Assembly: GCA_965153285.1 (NCBI GenBank)
Contig: OZ229110.1
Length of the DNA stretch: 64,000 bases
Source of the DNA: Podarcis tiliguerta
Lineage: Eukaryota
Strand: one strand, 5' to 3'
The notes beneath the pieces were generated by a model, which was not told the DNA's origin, did not search any database, and saw only the letters and a list, made by a program, of their open reading frames with translations. The position numbers were made by a program, and so were the translations under genes. Of this stretch, positions 38,816 through 52,292 are shown in pieces (the first letter of the stretch is position 1; the number at the start of each line of letters is the position of its first letter).

Positions 38816-39382
38816 TTGTTGTTTAGTCGTGCCCCACTCTTCGTGACCCCATGGACCAGAGCACGCCAGGCATTCCTGTCTTCCACTGCCTCCCGCAGCT
38901 TGGTCAAACGCATGCTGGTAGCTTCGAGAACACTGTCCAACCATCTTGTCCGCTGTGTCCCCTTCTCCTTGTGCCCTCCATCTTTCCCAACATCAGGGTC
39001 TGTTCCAGGGAGTCTTCTCTTCTCATGAGGTGGCCAAAGTATTGGAGCCTCAGCTTCACGATCTGTCCTTCCAGTGAGCACTCGGGGCTGATTTCCTTCA
39101 GAATGGATAGGTTTGATCTTCTTGCAGTCCATGGGACTCTCAAGAGTCCCTCCAGCACCATATTTCAAAAGCATTGATTCTTTGGCAATCAGCCTTCTTT
39201 ATGGTCTAGCTCTCACTTCCATACATCACTACTGGGGAAACCATAGCTTTAACTATACGGACCTTTGTCGGCAAGGTGATGTCTCTGCTTTTTAAGATGC
39301 TCTCTAGATTTGTAACTGCTTTTCTCCCAAGAAGCAGGTGTCTTTTAATTTCGTGACTGCTGTCATCATCTGCAGCGTATGC
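38816..39382 (-). mobile_element. BovB (RTE clade) LINE, 5'-truncated
   Basis: Frameshifted RTE/BovB ORF pieces (EIKRHLLLGRKAVTNLESILKSRDITLPTKVRIVKAMV; LLRVPWTARRSNLSILKEISPECSLEGQIVKLRLQYFGHLMRREDSLE; WLDSVLEATSMRLTKLREAVEDRNAWRALVHGVTKS) and an (AAC)-type tail. Perfect 12-bp TSD CATTATTGGCAT at 38804-38815 and 39383-39394. Confidence 0.96.
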
Positions 39383-42300
39383 CATTATTGGCATACATGG
39401 GGCCAATTCACACTTGTCAATGGCCCCCAACAAAAATGCATCCAGAGCAGGTGAAGTCAACTGCAGTGTGATCTGGTCCCAAAATGGTCAGCTGAATAGT
39501 ACTAAAAATTCTCACTACCACCTGGTAAAATGTAAAACCTGACTGATTTTGCAAGTGGTTATATAACACCATTGTGGGCTACCACTTGATAAATGGTTAT
39601 TTACATTCAGCTTGTACTCCAGACTGTCACAGATGTTAATTTGTTGAGATAAGTACTGGCTGGGAACAGATACTTTTCAATGCTGGTCTTGAACCAACCA
39701 TGAGAGCCCTTCAATTTATTCTTTCAATCTGTCAGCCAAGATTTTTTCCATTTGGACGCTGCCATTTTGTCATATAGCACCTCACGGTAAAAGTCAAGAT
39801 GGAGGAGCCATATATAATCCAGTGCACTGACTGTCATGTGCAATGTCTCTGTGTTCAGTAAAGGCTAAGAAAATAAGCTCTTGAGGGGGGGGGGGATGAC
39901 AGGGGAGGGACGGCATGAGGAGTAAAATAATTTTAGTTTTGAGGCAATCTGAAGCAGCAAGGTTTTTTTATTATTAGAAAACAGAATCTTATGGGTGTCT
40001 TGCCCATTATTGCTTGAGAAAATGTTTTTGTTAGTGTCTATATTTCTCCCAGGAAAGAACAAAGTAGAAAGCAAAACAAATCTTCAAAAAAAAAAAAAAA
40101 AAAGCCCTTCCACTAAATATACTCTTTTAAAAATGTGTTCTAATGATCTTTTCCAAGAAGGAAATAATCCATTTTCAACTAAAATTACCTGCAGCTATAA
40201 CTGGGGGAGGGGGCAGGGGGAGATCATGAAGCTAGAAACAATTTTGAAAGGACTGCAGTCTCTTTTAATTAAAACTAAACAGATTACATATTTACGCAGA
40301 AGTCAAAATATTTTGGAAGCTGATAAACCTGTAAGCCTTAATGCAGTAGAAAAACAAGAAATAAATGCAAAGTGTTACTGTTACACATGCCTGCCTGATC
40401 AACGGTTTTCACGTATTGATCTATAAATGGAGTTGACAGTCTGTGTTAGCTGCACATTTTCCAAGCAGCTCTATTTTTGAACAAAACCAATACGGGCAAT
40501 TACCTTTCTTTGAGATGCCAACTCTTATCAATTCAATGTGATTTAATGTCATATTAATTAAATATCAGGATCTACTTCGGGACAATCTTCACAAAGCAAG
40601 CCTCAAACTTGACTACAAGCTTGATGTGAAGTAAACACACACAACAGCCTCGCCTCTCCTGACGTTGCTCAAAAAGCTCTACTCAACAGAAGCACCAGTA
40701 ATTTTAGCAATTTTATTTGTCTCTTTGGCTAGCTGTAACTTTGGCAAGTAGTCGAGGTTTCGGGAAGGCGGAGGAGAAAGAGGATAGCAAGAAACAAAGG
40801 AAAACAGCTTCCTGAATCTTTGATAGTGTATTAGAGAGATAAATAAGACAACCAAGTCTGTTTCATCTAATCAAAAAGAACTCTAATTCATTAACATTTT
40901 GGAATGACTAAACAGACTCTTATTCTTAATCTGAGCACCAATGAAAGACGTTACATGCTTTGAATTTGCACTGAATGAGACAAAATGCACCTCTCTGAGA
41001 TTTAAGAGATGAAAATGGTTAATATTCATGCACAATGAGGGACTGCATATGAACAGAAAGCATAGGAAGAGCTCTTGCTTAATAGAGTCCATGCTCAGCC
41101 TTAAGATTTGTGTAGTTGAGATAAGACATTAATATCATTTCATCTATTATGGACTAGTCTTAGCAGCATGGAAGTTCCCACTGAAAACTAGGCAAAACTA
41201 CAGAAGGACTAAGCATCTTCTTGCTCCAAGTTGCCAGCTGACAGCACCAGTCCTATATGCATAATGCTGAAACAATTTGATCTCGATCTGAAAAATAGTC
41301 CCAGTATGTACATGTATGCAGCCATGAATGTTAAAAATACAACATGTTCTACACATCTGCAACATCAAACGAACCTTAATATTTCATGGTTGCCACAAAA
41401 GGCCTTGTACTTTTTCAACTATGTTTTGCAGCATATATTTTTTGTATGATTGGCAGCAACATCTGAAGGCTTAGACAAATTCAGTGAGTTGGCAAAGAAA
41501 AATTGGCACAGAGTCAAAAGTTCCAATACAGCAGGCTTAGTAGATTGCTGAATATGAATACAATGAAACTAGAGCTGTCACCTGATTAAAGAACTTTTAG
41601 CTGATTAATCATATGGCTTTTGATTGATTAGTTTTTAGTGAATTAAATCCACATATGCATTCTGATGAACAAATCAATTGCTTTTTTGTGTGTGGGGGGG
41701 TGTAATTTCTACATTTTCAGATGGTACATGCATCACAGAAAACTATATTAGAAGCAACTTCCATCCTGTGTTGAGTAGTAGTAGGAAAGTCTCCTGCAAT
41801 ATCAAATCTGCTACCTGCAGTTCTTATAGTATGTGCATTAAAAATTACTTATGATTTTTAAAAAATATCTTGTTTCCCATGAATTGGCGCACCTTAATTG
41901 GTGAAAGTATTTTAATCCACTACAAAACTTAATGTTGCAGCCTCCACCCTCCCCCAATGTCCCCAAAATCTTCTACAGAGGTTGTCCCAGCCCTGCTAAA
42001 GAGATTTGTATGGGTGAGTGGTGAAATGCATGGAATAGGAGAGGAAGGGGAATTCCTACTGTGTGAGAAGATGTCTGTTTGACTCATCAACAGGCACCAC
42101 GGGCTATCACCCTATGATTACACATCCCCAATGAACCAGACTGGATCGGTGAGCAAAGTACTGAGCTTAATAGTTATGGGTTCCAATTCTAGGCCAACTC
42201 TAGACTTAGTAGCAACTTTTGCCCATTTTTTTTAAATCTCATCTGTAGAGTTATGCTAATGTTCTACACATAAATACTTAAAAGCATGTTTATATATAAA

Positions 42301-43327
42301 TGATTAACATTAAAATAGTGCTCAATGAATATTTTATTTACCACTAATGATTATTACCCATTTGTCACCCAAAGGTCCCAGGATGGGTTACACAGTAAAG
42401 AAATCCAAATAAAACTGACAATAATTATATTTAAGTGAAATTGCCAACAGCTATGGAGATCTACAGAGGCAGCACTTTAAATTGCTTATTGGGAAACCCT
42501 ACCAAAATCAGGGTATAATCTACTCACAAATCTAGGAGAAAGATCTGTGTATGGGTGCATGAAGCTGGATACAGGTATTTCCAACTTCCTCTGCTTTGCT
42601 TCCTGCTATATTGGACTTTTGCTCTGCCAAATAGATATACATTTGTTTGGTGTTGCCAGATTTATACAGGTACACCTTTTCATAAAACCCCACAAACTGC
42701 AATATAGTTGGTGTAGCTTACAAATGTGATGGACATAATTTAATTTCAAAAATATGGGGCAGAGAAAGATTTTTAACCTTCTCTGTTCTAGGACTCTTGG
42801 CACAACAATCAACCAACATGCACTTCTGTGCAAATCGTTCCCATTCAGAATCCTACTGGTTTTTCAGGATGTGTTTTGTAATGTTTGGGGTTTTGCTTAA
42901 GACTTTGGGCCTTTCCCGTTTGCCTTTCGCCAGCCACTTAGCAGACTCGCTCGAGCAAATATGCCAAAATACTTTGCATTCTGTCAATATCTAGTCAGGA
43001 AACTCTGCATGGAAAAATGAGAGAGATGAAAATACTAGAAAGAGCGAGGAAATGAGGAGCATGGCAAGCTTTCAATCTATTATATCAGAGCCAAGTTTGC
43101 ATGGTGAAATGACATACCCTGCGTCTCTATAATTAGCTGCTAAGAAAGCACAACTTTTTCAGCTCCCTACAAAAGAACATAAATTGCAACTGTTATGCTT
43201 GTGGAAAACCCAGCAGCAAATGTTTGGTGTCTGGTGGAACTTTTTAGAATCCTTTTTTCTTTTATCATCCCCAAGTATTCTCCTCCCCACCCTACCTTGC
43301 CTCATCCCAGACCGAAAGTTATGTAAC

Positions 43328-43795
43328 NNNNNNNNNNNNNNNNNNNNNNNNNNNNNNNNNNNNNNNNNNNNNNNNNNNNNNNNNNNNNNNNNNNNNNNNN
43401 NNNNNNNNNNNNNNNNNNNNNNNNNNNNNNNNNNNNNNNNNNNNNNNNNNNNNNNNNNNNNNNNNNNNNNNNNNNNNNNNNNNNNNNNNNNNNNNNNNNN
43501 NNNNNNNNNNNNNNNNNNNNNNNNNNNNNNNNNNNNNNNNNNNNNNNNNNNNNNNNNNNNNNNNNNNNNNNNNNNNNNNNNNNNNNNNNNNNNNNNNNNN
43601 NNNNNNNNNNNNNNNNNNNNNNNNNNNNNNNNNNNNNNNNNNNNNNNNNNNNNNNNNNNNNNNNNNNNNNNNNNNNNNNNNNNNNNNNNNNNNNNNNNNN
43701 NNNNNNNNNNNNNNNNNNNNNNNNNNNNNNNNNNNNNNNNNNNNNNNNNNNNNNNNNNNNNNNNNNNNNNNNNNNNNNNNNNNNNNNNNNNNNNN
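43328..43795. other. N-run (468 nt), assembly gap or masked segment
   Basis: Run of n characters. Confidence 0.99.
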
Positions 43796-46700
43796 TACTG
43801 ATAATACATTATACTATTTCCAAATAAATTACAGTAAACATTCTTTTAACTTCCTAACAGAACATCTCACTTATGGGGGTTGGGGGTTGGTGTGTGTGTT
43901 TTTTAAGTACTACGTGCAAATGTGTCGCCAGCAAGTGATAGTTTTAAATTGGAAAGCAAACATAAGGAAATGAATGTTTCATCAGCTACTAGGTTGATAT
44001 CGAAGGGGTGGGGGAGAGGAAGGGATTGAGTTCTGAAATGCAATGCAAGTTTCTCTGAACTAAAGATTTACTTCTGCCAACTGAGAGAAGAATAATTAAA
44101 ATCATGTATTTGCTGAGCTATGGTGATGAAACGGCTGTGGTTAATTTTGCATTTGAACATGGAGGTAAAAATAGCAGAAGGGCGGGTTCGGTGGGGGGAA
44201 CCAACAACTGCAGCAAGATTATTCCATTTACTGTCTCAGTTAAATAGCTGAATATTTCATAGGGGCTTGTCATATCAGCAGAATAGCCAATTAATAGCTT
44301 CCATGGCTCTGAAAAGAGAAATTTTTGGTGCTGGTGTGGGATGCTAGCAGAGTTTTTGGGCTTTCACTTGTTTGCTCTGATTTGAAAAACTGAGCTGGAA
44401 TCCAAAGCGAGTGACTAACATTGCATAAATAATTTTGCAATATCATATGGCCTCAGCTGCAAGTTGCAGCCATTATGGAGGAAAATGAACCAAGGGAGGC
44501 TCACACCAATCAGTTTGTTTAGTAGCACAGGATGAGTAAAAGGGACATGACTGGCAACAGAGTTCACCTCTAAAGTATTAGCGCTTAAATATTTTCAGAA
44601 GGGATAAAATAAACAAATCCAGTACCACTTGGCTTTCTCTGCCATGTGTCAGGGTTATTTCAGACTCCCGTTTTTAAATATCAAAAATAATCTCAATCAT
44701 AGTATTTTTACACAGGTCATTAGCAAGTGTTACATGCTAGGAAGAGCTTTCATTTCTCATTTACCTACGGTATCTTAATACAATGTTAGGCCATGTCTTT
44801 CAGAAATATAATCCAATGTCTGCAACACAAAGGATTTTTAGTTGTTTAGTAAGAGCTTTACATGGGCACAGCTGGCAATCCAAAATTTCCCATTGAACAT
44901 GTTTCTTGCTCTATGGAATAAAGAAATGCAAGACTTTTTCAAATGCTTTCCCAAACTACGTAACAAAGCAGAAAATGCCACTGAATTATTGGAACCACTG
45001 AAGCCACAGTGTCATTGTGGGAATATGAATGGTCATAATGACGACTGTAGGTGAGTGGATGGATGAGTACCTAAAATGCCTCAGGTGGAATGGAAGGAAG
45101 GTTACATTTTTTTTGGGGGGGGGGTAATTTTTGCTTTCCCTTGCTTTCATTTTTTTTTCCATTCTAATGCCCTGGCATTTAATTATACCTTAATGGCCTG
45201 TTACAGGAATATCATGAAGTGCCTTATATATCTGCTGGTTGTAGCTGAATATGTTTATATGAGTAAGGGTGGAAATGGGTTTGGGAAGCATCCTATTTTT
45301 ATTCATCTCTAGTGAGATGGCAGGAGAACTGCGTAATTGCTTTTACTTTCTAAATTATATCTATGTGTTAAGGACAGTGTAAGTTGAGCAGTTAATGTGC
45401 ATAATACCTGGCCATTGTGCAATTCACCAGGCCTCATGGAGAATGTGCACATAATCCTTCATTTCCTGGTCACTATACATAATTCCCAACAGGCCTGGGG
45501 AAAGTGAATATAGTGACTGAATTTTGTTCATTCGCGAGGCATAATTCCCAAGAGGCTAGGGGGGGTTGTACATATCTCAACTTCATTTTGCACATTCTCT
45601 GGGCAATATGCACATTTTCTGACCAATATGCATAATCTCCAAGAATGTTCAGGCGTTTTGCAATCTGCAGTCCCCAGGCTGCTTCTGGCCCACTTCCGAA
45701 TGATACATAACCTCCCCACTGATTAGGCAAGAAGCAGGAAGGTGGGAGGGGCTCCAGATAAAGTGGTGGGTTGTTGTTTTTTTACTATTATTTACTTAAT
45801 AAATATCCTACTCTTCCTCAAAAGGAGCCCTTTTCCCTTCAGTCCAGCCCCCTTTTAACCAATCTCAGCTGTTTCCTAGTCAGTTGAGCAACACAAGGGC
45901 GATTGCAGGGAGAGGAAAACTAAACACCTTCATTCCCCCCCCCCGCCCCGCTTCCTGCAATTCTAATGCCCACCCCACTCCCCATGGGGTCAGTCATCAT
46001 GGGACTCACAGAGGAGGGGAGTTTATTCAGCTAAAGAATGTTTACCCAGCAGGGGAAGAGAGAGCTGTGAAGTATCACTGATCCTACACAATGCCATTTC
46101 TGGCCCCATCCTATGCAGGCAAATTACTTTCCTTCCCCCTGCCTTTTGTGCCAGCCAGCATGAAATGTTCTCAGTGACACTAACATTTGGAGGAAAACTA
46201 TATAACTGTGTAAGTTACAGTTTTTCATAACAGCAGGTGAACAGTAAATCCACGATGTTTTGCCCATTTTTATTTATTCTTACAAGAGGCAATGGGTGGG
46301 TGGTCCAGGTGAAACGCAGAGGGACAGCCAGGACAGGCATCAGCAGTCGTCGTCCCCCCGCTAGCTCCTCTGCCTGCCAACCCTGGGGCCCCTGCCCACA
46401 GGATCCAGAAGCCCTGGCAGCAGGCACCACTACTCACCACCTTCCTCCTCCAAGGCCAGCTTGGGGATCTGCTGCTTCTGCCACCAGTGGTTAGAATTAG
46501 TGGTTAGAGTTGCCTCAGGAGGAAAAGCAGTTCAGGATGGAAGAAGGTGGTCAAAAGCAGCGACCAGCACACCTGGTAATCCACTATTAGGATGAAGAGT
46601 CAGTATGGCTAAGGCAGTGCCAGCAGCAGAAAATATTCAGACTGATCAGCCACCACTTCTGGCCTCTTTGCCATGCGGCTGCTGCTTCTACCAGGTTGAC

Positions 46701-46989
46701 TTTTCATCTGGCTTGACTTCAGTGGCAACATAAGGAGGAAAGGCACATGACGGTGTGGCAAGGTCTAGGAGGACGGGGTACAAAGAATTGGCACAGCCCC
46801 TACTGAAAACGGTAGTTTAGTAAAGGGCTACCACTGGAATTATAATGGACACGGAGTGATATGGCGACGGGATGGATGTGTCAGGTGAGGAAAAGCTGGG
46901 TTAGATGTCTTCAAGCTACTCCTCCTTCCAGCCCATCTCCCAGCCTTGTTACTAGTAGCCTTGCTGTTTGGTTCCTTAAAGTTGTTTAG

Positions 46990-47640
46990 GTGAAACTAGA
47001 AAATTCCAGATCAGCTAATGGAAAGACAATTGTCGTCTCTGATCTTGTCCAGGAAGGACACGCTGACCATTATAACTGAAACCTGACTGGATGAAGGGGA
47101 AGATGCAAATGTTTTCCAGATGTATCTCTTTGGGCAGAAAGGAGAAGTAGCTGTTATTTATAAATATATGAATGTATCTATAAATATATCATCTCCCTCA
47201 TCAGATACTTTGTCCACTCATCAATAATTGTAGTGTCTGTATCTGGTGTAGGGAACTTAAGACAGAAATGGTGTTGAGGAACCACAAGGTTTTTGGTCTT
47301 GGGGGCCTTCAACACACCTATCCGTGCAAGCTTGTCTGAAGAGGTGTGGCACCTCATGGCTGCCAATGTAATTATGGGCTTGTCTCAAATTATATCAGGT
47401 CCAATACATATGGCAGAACACACCCCAGAGCTGGCGCTTTGGAAAGGATTGGGAGAAAGTGATCTGTAGGTGAGGGAGCCAATAATGACTCAATTCTAAT
47501 AGGCATATAACTGTTTGATAAGGTGTGACCGACATGCTGCTGCTAACCTCTGCAAGGGTGAAGGACAAATTTCAGTGGTATGAAAACAGTGGCTGATTAA
47601 TGGTTTTCTGGTGTCTCCAGCAAAGTTTCCCGATACTCTA
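46990..47640 (+). mobile_element. Decayed LINE (L2/CR1 group) APE-endonuclease relic
   Basis: Disrupted frames give LENSRSANGKTIVVSDLVQEGHAD / ITET*LDEG / LVLGAFNT / MGLSQIISGPIHMAEHTPEL. These correspond to the NARS, ITETWL, LGDFN and PTH..GHTLDL endonuclease motifs. Confidence 0.75.
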
Positions 47641-47707
47641 GTCCTCTCTATACTGGAGAAGGTAATCTAATTAGTTTCAGAAGACTTCAAAAAATGCAAA
47701 ATATATA

Positions 47708-47946
47708 CAGTGGTACCTCGGGTTACTAACACTTCAGGTTACAAACGTTTCAGGTTACAGACTCCGCTAACCCAGAAACAGTACCTCGAGTTAAGAACTT
47801 TGCTTCAGGATGAGAAGAGAAATTGCATGGCGGCGGCGCGGCAGCAGCAGGAGGCCCCATTAGCTAAAGTGGTACCTCAGGTTAAGAACAGTTTCAGGTT
47901 AAGAACAGACCTCCGGAACAAATTAAGTTCTCAACCAGAGGTACTA
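47708..47946. mobile_element. Tigger-like MITE, same family as 9358-9615, opposite orientation
   Basis: TA|CAGTGGTACCTCGGGTTAC at the left. The body is the reverse complement of the 9358 copy and the right TIR is slightly deleted. It ends about 50 bp from the exon donor at 47997. Confidence 0.9.
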
Positions 47947-47996
47947 TAACAAAACAAATGAGTGGAGACAGAAAATTATTGTAGAGCAGTACTTAC

Positions 47997-48161
47997 GGGC
48001 TCAATGACTTTCACATTATCAGACAGTATCATAGATTTGCTTTGGCTGTGTCTGTCATGGGGGCAGTTGGCATTTTTGATCCTCATCTGAACAGCACCTG
48101 TGCTTTCATGGGAATGATGCAGCTTTTCTGCACTGGTATCAGCAGACATGAACCGCTGCAT
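47997..48161 (-). CDS. ARHGAP15: ARHGAP15 first coding exon (exon spans 47997-48176, including 15 nt of 5'UTR)
   Basis: The minus strand encodes MQRFMSADTSAEKLHHSHESTGAVQMRIKNANCPHDRHSQSKSMILSDNVKVIEP (55 codons), recognisably matching the vertebrate ARHGAP15 N-terminus (TGAVQMRIKNAN..HDR.SQSKSMIL). Acceptor ttttcag|GTTGAC at 48176; donor CCC|gtaagt at 47997; phase 0. Confidence 0.96.
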
Positions 48162-49521
48162 GATTAGTATGTCAACCTGAAAAATATAATAGCCAGTAAG
48201 GTCAGACACACCATGCACTAATCTAGGTTTTATTCCATCTTAGTCAGTAAGAAGACAATGTTAAACACACTGTGTATTAATCCAGGTTTTATTCCAGTTT
48301 AGGTAAGAAGGAAAAATAATAGTGAAACCAGCTGAGTATCTCTTAAAATCTATCAGTAGAATCAATAATCTAGGGCACCTTATTACTCACCAACTCGTCC
48401 AAGAGCGAAGTTTACATAAAAGATTATCTTTATCTCAAAGGCCACTCTTCTGTTGTGTAATCTTTCAGTAACCTTTCCAGTACATCCAGCTGGCAGGCCT
48501 TACAGTTTGCCTTTGGTCTTCCCATGTTCACATCTGAGACACATATCTCAAGTTTGCTCACAGGCTAAAAGTGAAGTGTTTGGCCTTTGTTGATTATGCC
48601 AGAAAGACCAGCGGAGGATGTTGCATGCACGCCTGCTTCATATATTATGTTTCAAAATGAACCCCATAAAACCTCTTACATGCCGGCTAAAATAGGTAGA
48701 TGGTTATGGAACTAATTACAGACTAGAGCAAAGTAGAGGCAAACATGTTGCTATTGCAGTGGGGTGGAGGGGTCAGCATCAGACATCAAGGTCACTGGTA
48801 GAGATGTCACCAAACTATGCAACTCTTTGGCTACATGTCAAAGTGTTGCTAATGCATATATTTCCCACTCAAATATTAGCCACGTTTTCAGACATCGTTC
48901 AGTGCTTTTAAAACACTAAACATGCTTATCTAGTTTCAGAAAGAGAACACATTTTCAAAGCTTCATCCATTTTACTGAAATTGTAACATGATATTTTTTC
49001 GTACATGGGACCTTGGGCTATTATTAAATCTGCCATATCTCATAACTATAGGGTTGTCAGGCCAGATTTGTGCTTAGGTGGGAAATCTTTAAGGAAAGCC
49101 TAAGAGCTGTGGGAAGTATAGGCACTTTGATGCAAAGAATGCCATCTTCCGGATGAAATGCAGAGCAACATTTGCCAAATATTTGCTAGGAAGTATCTGT
49201 CTGCATCAGCTGTTTTTCATGTGGTATGTGTATCTAAACATAAAGCAAATAGAAGGTGCAAGCCATGCTGCATCCTGATTCCTCCTCTGAGTAGGCCTTA
49301 ATTTCTGCTGCTTGAATGTAAACACCCCAAAAGGTCCTAAATATCAAATGTTATCTCTTATGACAGTCTGCACAAACATTCCATAATGGCTTTTAATCTT
49401 GCTATTGAACTGCTATTCATTTTCTAGTAAGCAGCTGTTATTTGGATTTGCCATTATGGTTACTACCATTATGATGGACTTCTCTATGGCAATGACCTCT
49501 GTAGATGCAGCACATTTCTAT

Positions 49522-49783
49522 GGCCCGGTTCATACATAACACTAATCCACCATCCACATCACGCTAAGCCACGGTGTTGCATGAGAATCAGGCCTTTGTT
49601 TTAAGCCACAATCTCTAGTTTGTACAAATTAGTGGAGAGTGAAACTGAGGTCCTTCTCCCAGCCATGCGACAGGAGGAGTGGCAGGCGGGTGAGAGGAGA
49701 GAAGCACTTGAGCCTGAAACCTTCCTCTGGCTCTTTCCTCCTTGCGATAAACCATGCTTTCACATTATGTGCAAATGTGGTGC
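49522..49783. mobile_element. Degraded palindromic (Harbinger-like) MITE
   Basis: Ends ggcccggttcatacataac ... attatgtgcaaatgtgg show weak inverted symmetry, with repeated taagccac/taaaccat motifs. Confidence 0.4.
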
Positions 49784-51074
49784 ATTTATTCTACAGACAC
49801 ACATTGATCCTCCCTGGATGAGATTGTGCTTCTGTCATAACAGTGTCCCCGTGTGCTCTACATTTTACCACAGAAGTAAATGGCAGCTATCTACTTGCTT
49901 ATATGGGAGTGAACTGCAAACCTGATTCCCAAATAGAGATGGCCAAAGAGACTTTGGAATCTGAGGCAGAAAATGCAAACAGCGCTCCACCTCATGGTGC
50001 TAAAGTATAACAAACTACATAACTGGCAATGTGCTCATTTTTAATGGTATGCAAAAACCTCCTTCCCCAGGCACCAGCATAATGGTAAGGCTGTTCCTGA
50101 AACTGGTGAATCTAGCCACTGAGAATCGGGTCTTACCATCTGCATAGCTCAAGCATGGTTCCACTTCTTCTGAAAGCATGAAGCTCAATTATGCTGAGTT
50201 TGACAGCACTGGGCTGGACTGGAGTAATAGTTTAATTCTGACTGGAAACACCTTACAAAGATCTCAGGCAATGGTCTTTCCCATTTTCAATACCTGAGGT
50301 CTATTGACTTGGATAAATTGGGGGCTAAACCTGAGTGATGGAAACACCCACGCAAGTATATGGATTGGCAATGGGCCGTAAGACCGTGTCCATCTGATCC
50401 TAAAAGTGGCCTCCTGATAGAACTAGTTGCCGACCAGTGTTCTACTAGCTAAAGTGATTTTAGAGTTCTATCAATATTCACAATCATTTTCTTCTTTGTT
50501 TTGTTGCCCACCCAAAGCATGATGGGGCATACGGCTGTCATGAGTATTTATCTTTAAAAAACTTTCTAAAGATAAACTCTCAGTGCTGGAAGGAGTGTGT
50601 AGGTACAATAAATATGCAAAGAATATTACTGAAGCATAGAAGGAAGGTCTGCTTCTGTTATCTCACTTGGTACGATCCTCCTTGCAGAGGCTGTGGTTTC
50701 TATTGTAATTCTCATGGGAAATTTGCACATATTTTCAGAGGCTCTATTTATATGCACTTACTAAGCTAGCAGTACACCTTAGGTTCTGAGTTTGTGAAGA
50801 AAGGATTCATAGACCATCTCCTTTTGTAACCTACACACATGTGAGGGGATCCAGCAAATTTAGACTCAGATGTGGAAACCCAAGTTATATTGATCTCTCC
50901 CTCACCTCCTTTAAAGGGGAAGAACTGTGTGACTTGATCTTGTCTTCATACATATAAGTTCTGCATCACACTTTCTGTTTTGAGAATGGTGAAGGGGTGG
51001 AATGCATACCTGCTATTCCACTAAGAATGGCAAGGGGAGCGGGGAGAGATCAGGTAGCAAGTGAAGTGAAAGAG

Positions 51075-51167
51075 CTCAGACCCAGGAGAGCTGCTGCAAT
51101 ATAATGTAGACAGTAATGTGCTAGATGGACTGATAGTATGGCCTAGTAAAAGGCAGTTTGTTGTGTA
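51075..51167 (+). mobile_element. Squam3-like SINE 3' fragment
   Basis: acccaggagagctgctgc...tgtagacagtaatgtgctagatggactgatagtatggcctagtaaaaggcagtt resembles the Squam3 3' half. Confidence 0.55.
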
Positions 51168-52292
51168 AGGATTTGAAGAAGAGGGTAAAGGGAGACTGGT
51201 GTGACTTGAAAGACTCATCTGTATGTTTTAAGATGTAACTTTAGAATTTGACTTTCACTGTGCATATACTCTGCAGTCAAGCAAAAGCCACCTAATCTTC
51301 ATTCCAGGAAGCTACTGTTACTACCAAATTACTGAGGAACTACAGGGGAAAGTCTTTTCAGTAAGATATTAGGGGTCGATATGGGGGGTGGCTCTGGAGA
51401 AAGCTGAGAAGATAGAGGGGTGGCTGACTCCCCTCTGAGGGTGTGGGGTGGTAAGGGAAATGGCAGAAAGACATCTGGAAAGGAGAACTTTCAGAGATAC
51501 AAACTTTTCAGAAAAACAACAACTATCCATTGCTCAAGAATTTGTAACTCTGGGGTTCCAGTTAATGATGCAGAAGGCAGCAGTTTCCTCTCTGTCTCTC
51601 CATAAGCATTGTAGAGCAGAGCTGGTTTGTGCTCTCTCTGCCTCTGTTGGACATTTTTTGCATTAGCGTTTGGAGAAATCTCCTAACTTTCATTACTGCT
51701 GATATGGCTCCACCACTGATTTTTAGTGCACACGCGATACTGTAGCTGAGCACGTTTTTCATTCTTAATGATATGCCCACAGGATACTATTTTTACTAGC
51801 ATTCCCACTGTTTATTACTATTGCTACAATACTTCAGCAGTGGGACTTCTTACCAAAATTTGCTAATGTGGCTTTATCATCATGCCGTAACATCTTTTAA
51901 TTTCTTCATTATTTCACTGCCCCTATACGCACCATACCTTTCTCAATCAAAACCATTTGCTGACCAGATTTCTGTTAGAAGTGACACGCCAAAGCTGGCA
52001 TACACTTTTTGACAAAACCAGTTAAGCCCTTGAAAATGTAAAAGTTATTATTGTTTGTGCTCCCAGTGCAAATACAGATGCCAGTATCTGGACCCTTTCT
52101 CACATTATATATCTATGTTGGAGGCTCCATTGAATAAGTTGTTGGTGTATTTTCTACTACATTTAACATAACAATGCAAAGCAATCTGTTTCTCTCCCCA
52201 TCCATGTACTGTGCTTATTTTATAATGCACATCTAGCAACATCTAGCAACAGGTTGTATGTAAGACTTCAGAAATAAATGAAATTTCCTTAC

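Noticed and set aside
39995-40426. 143-aa ORF (also 54920-55309 and 10154-10540)
   Set aside because: No recognisable domain, non-ATG or weak starts, and they run through poly-A or repeat fragments. Such ORFs are expected by chance in 64 kb.
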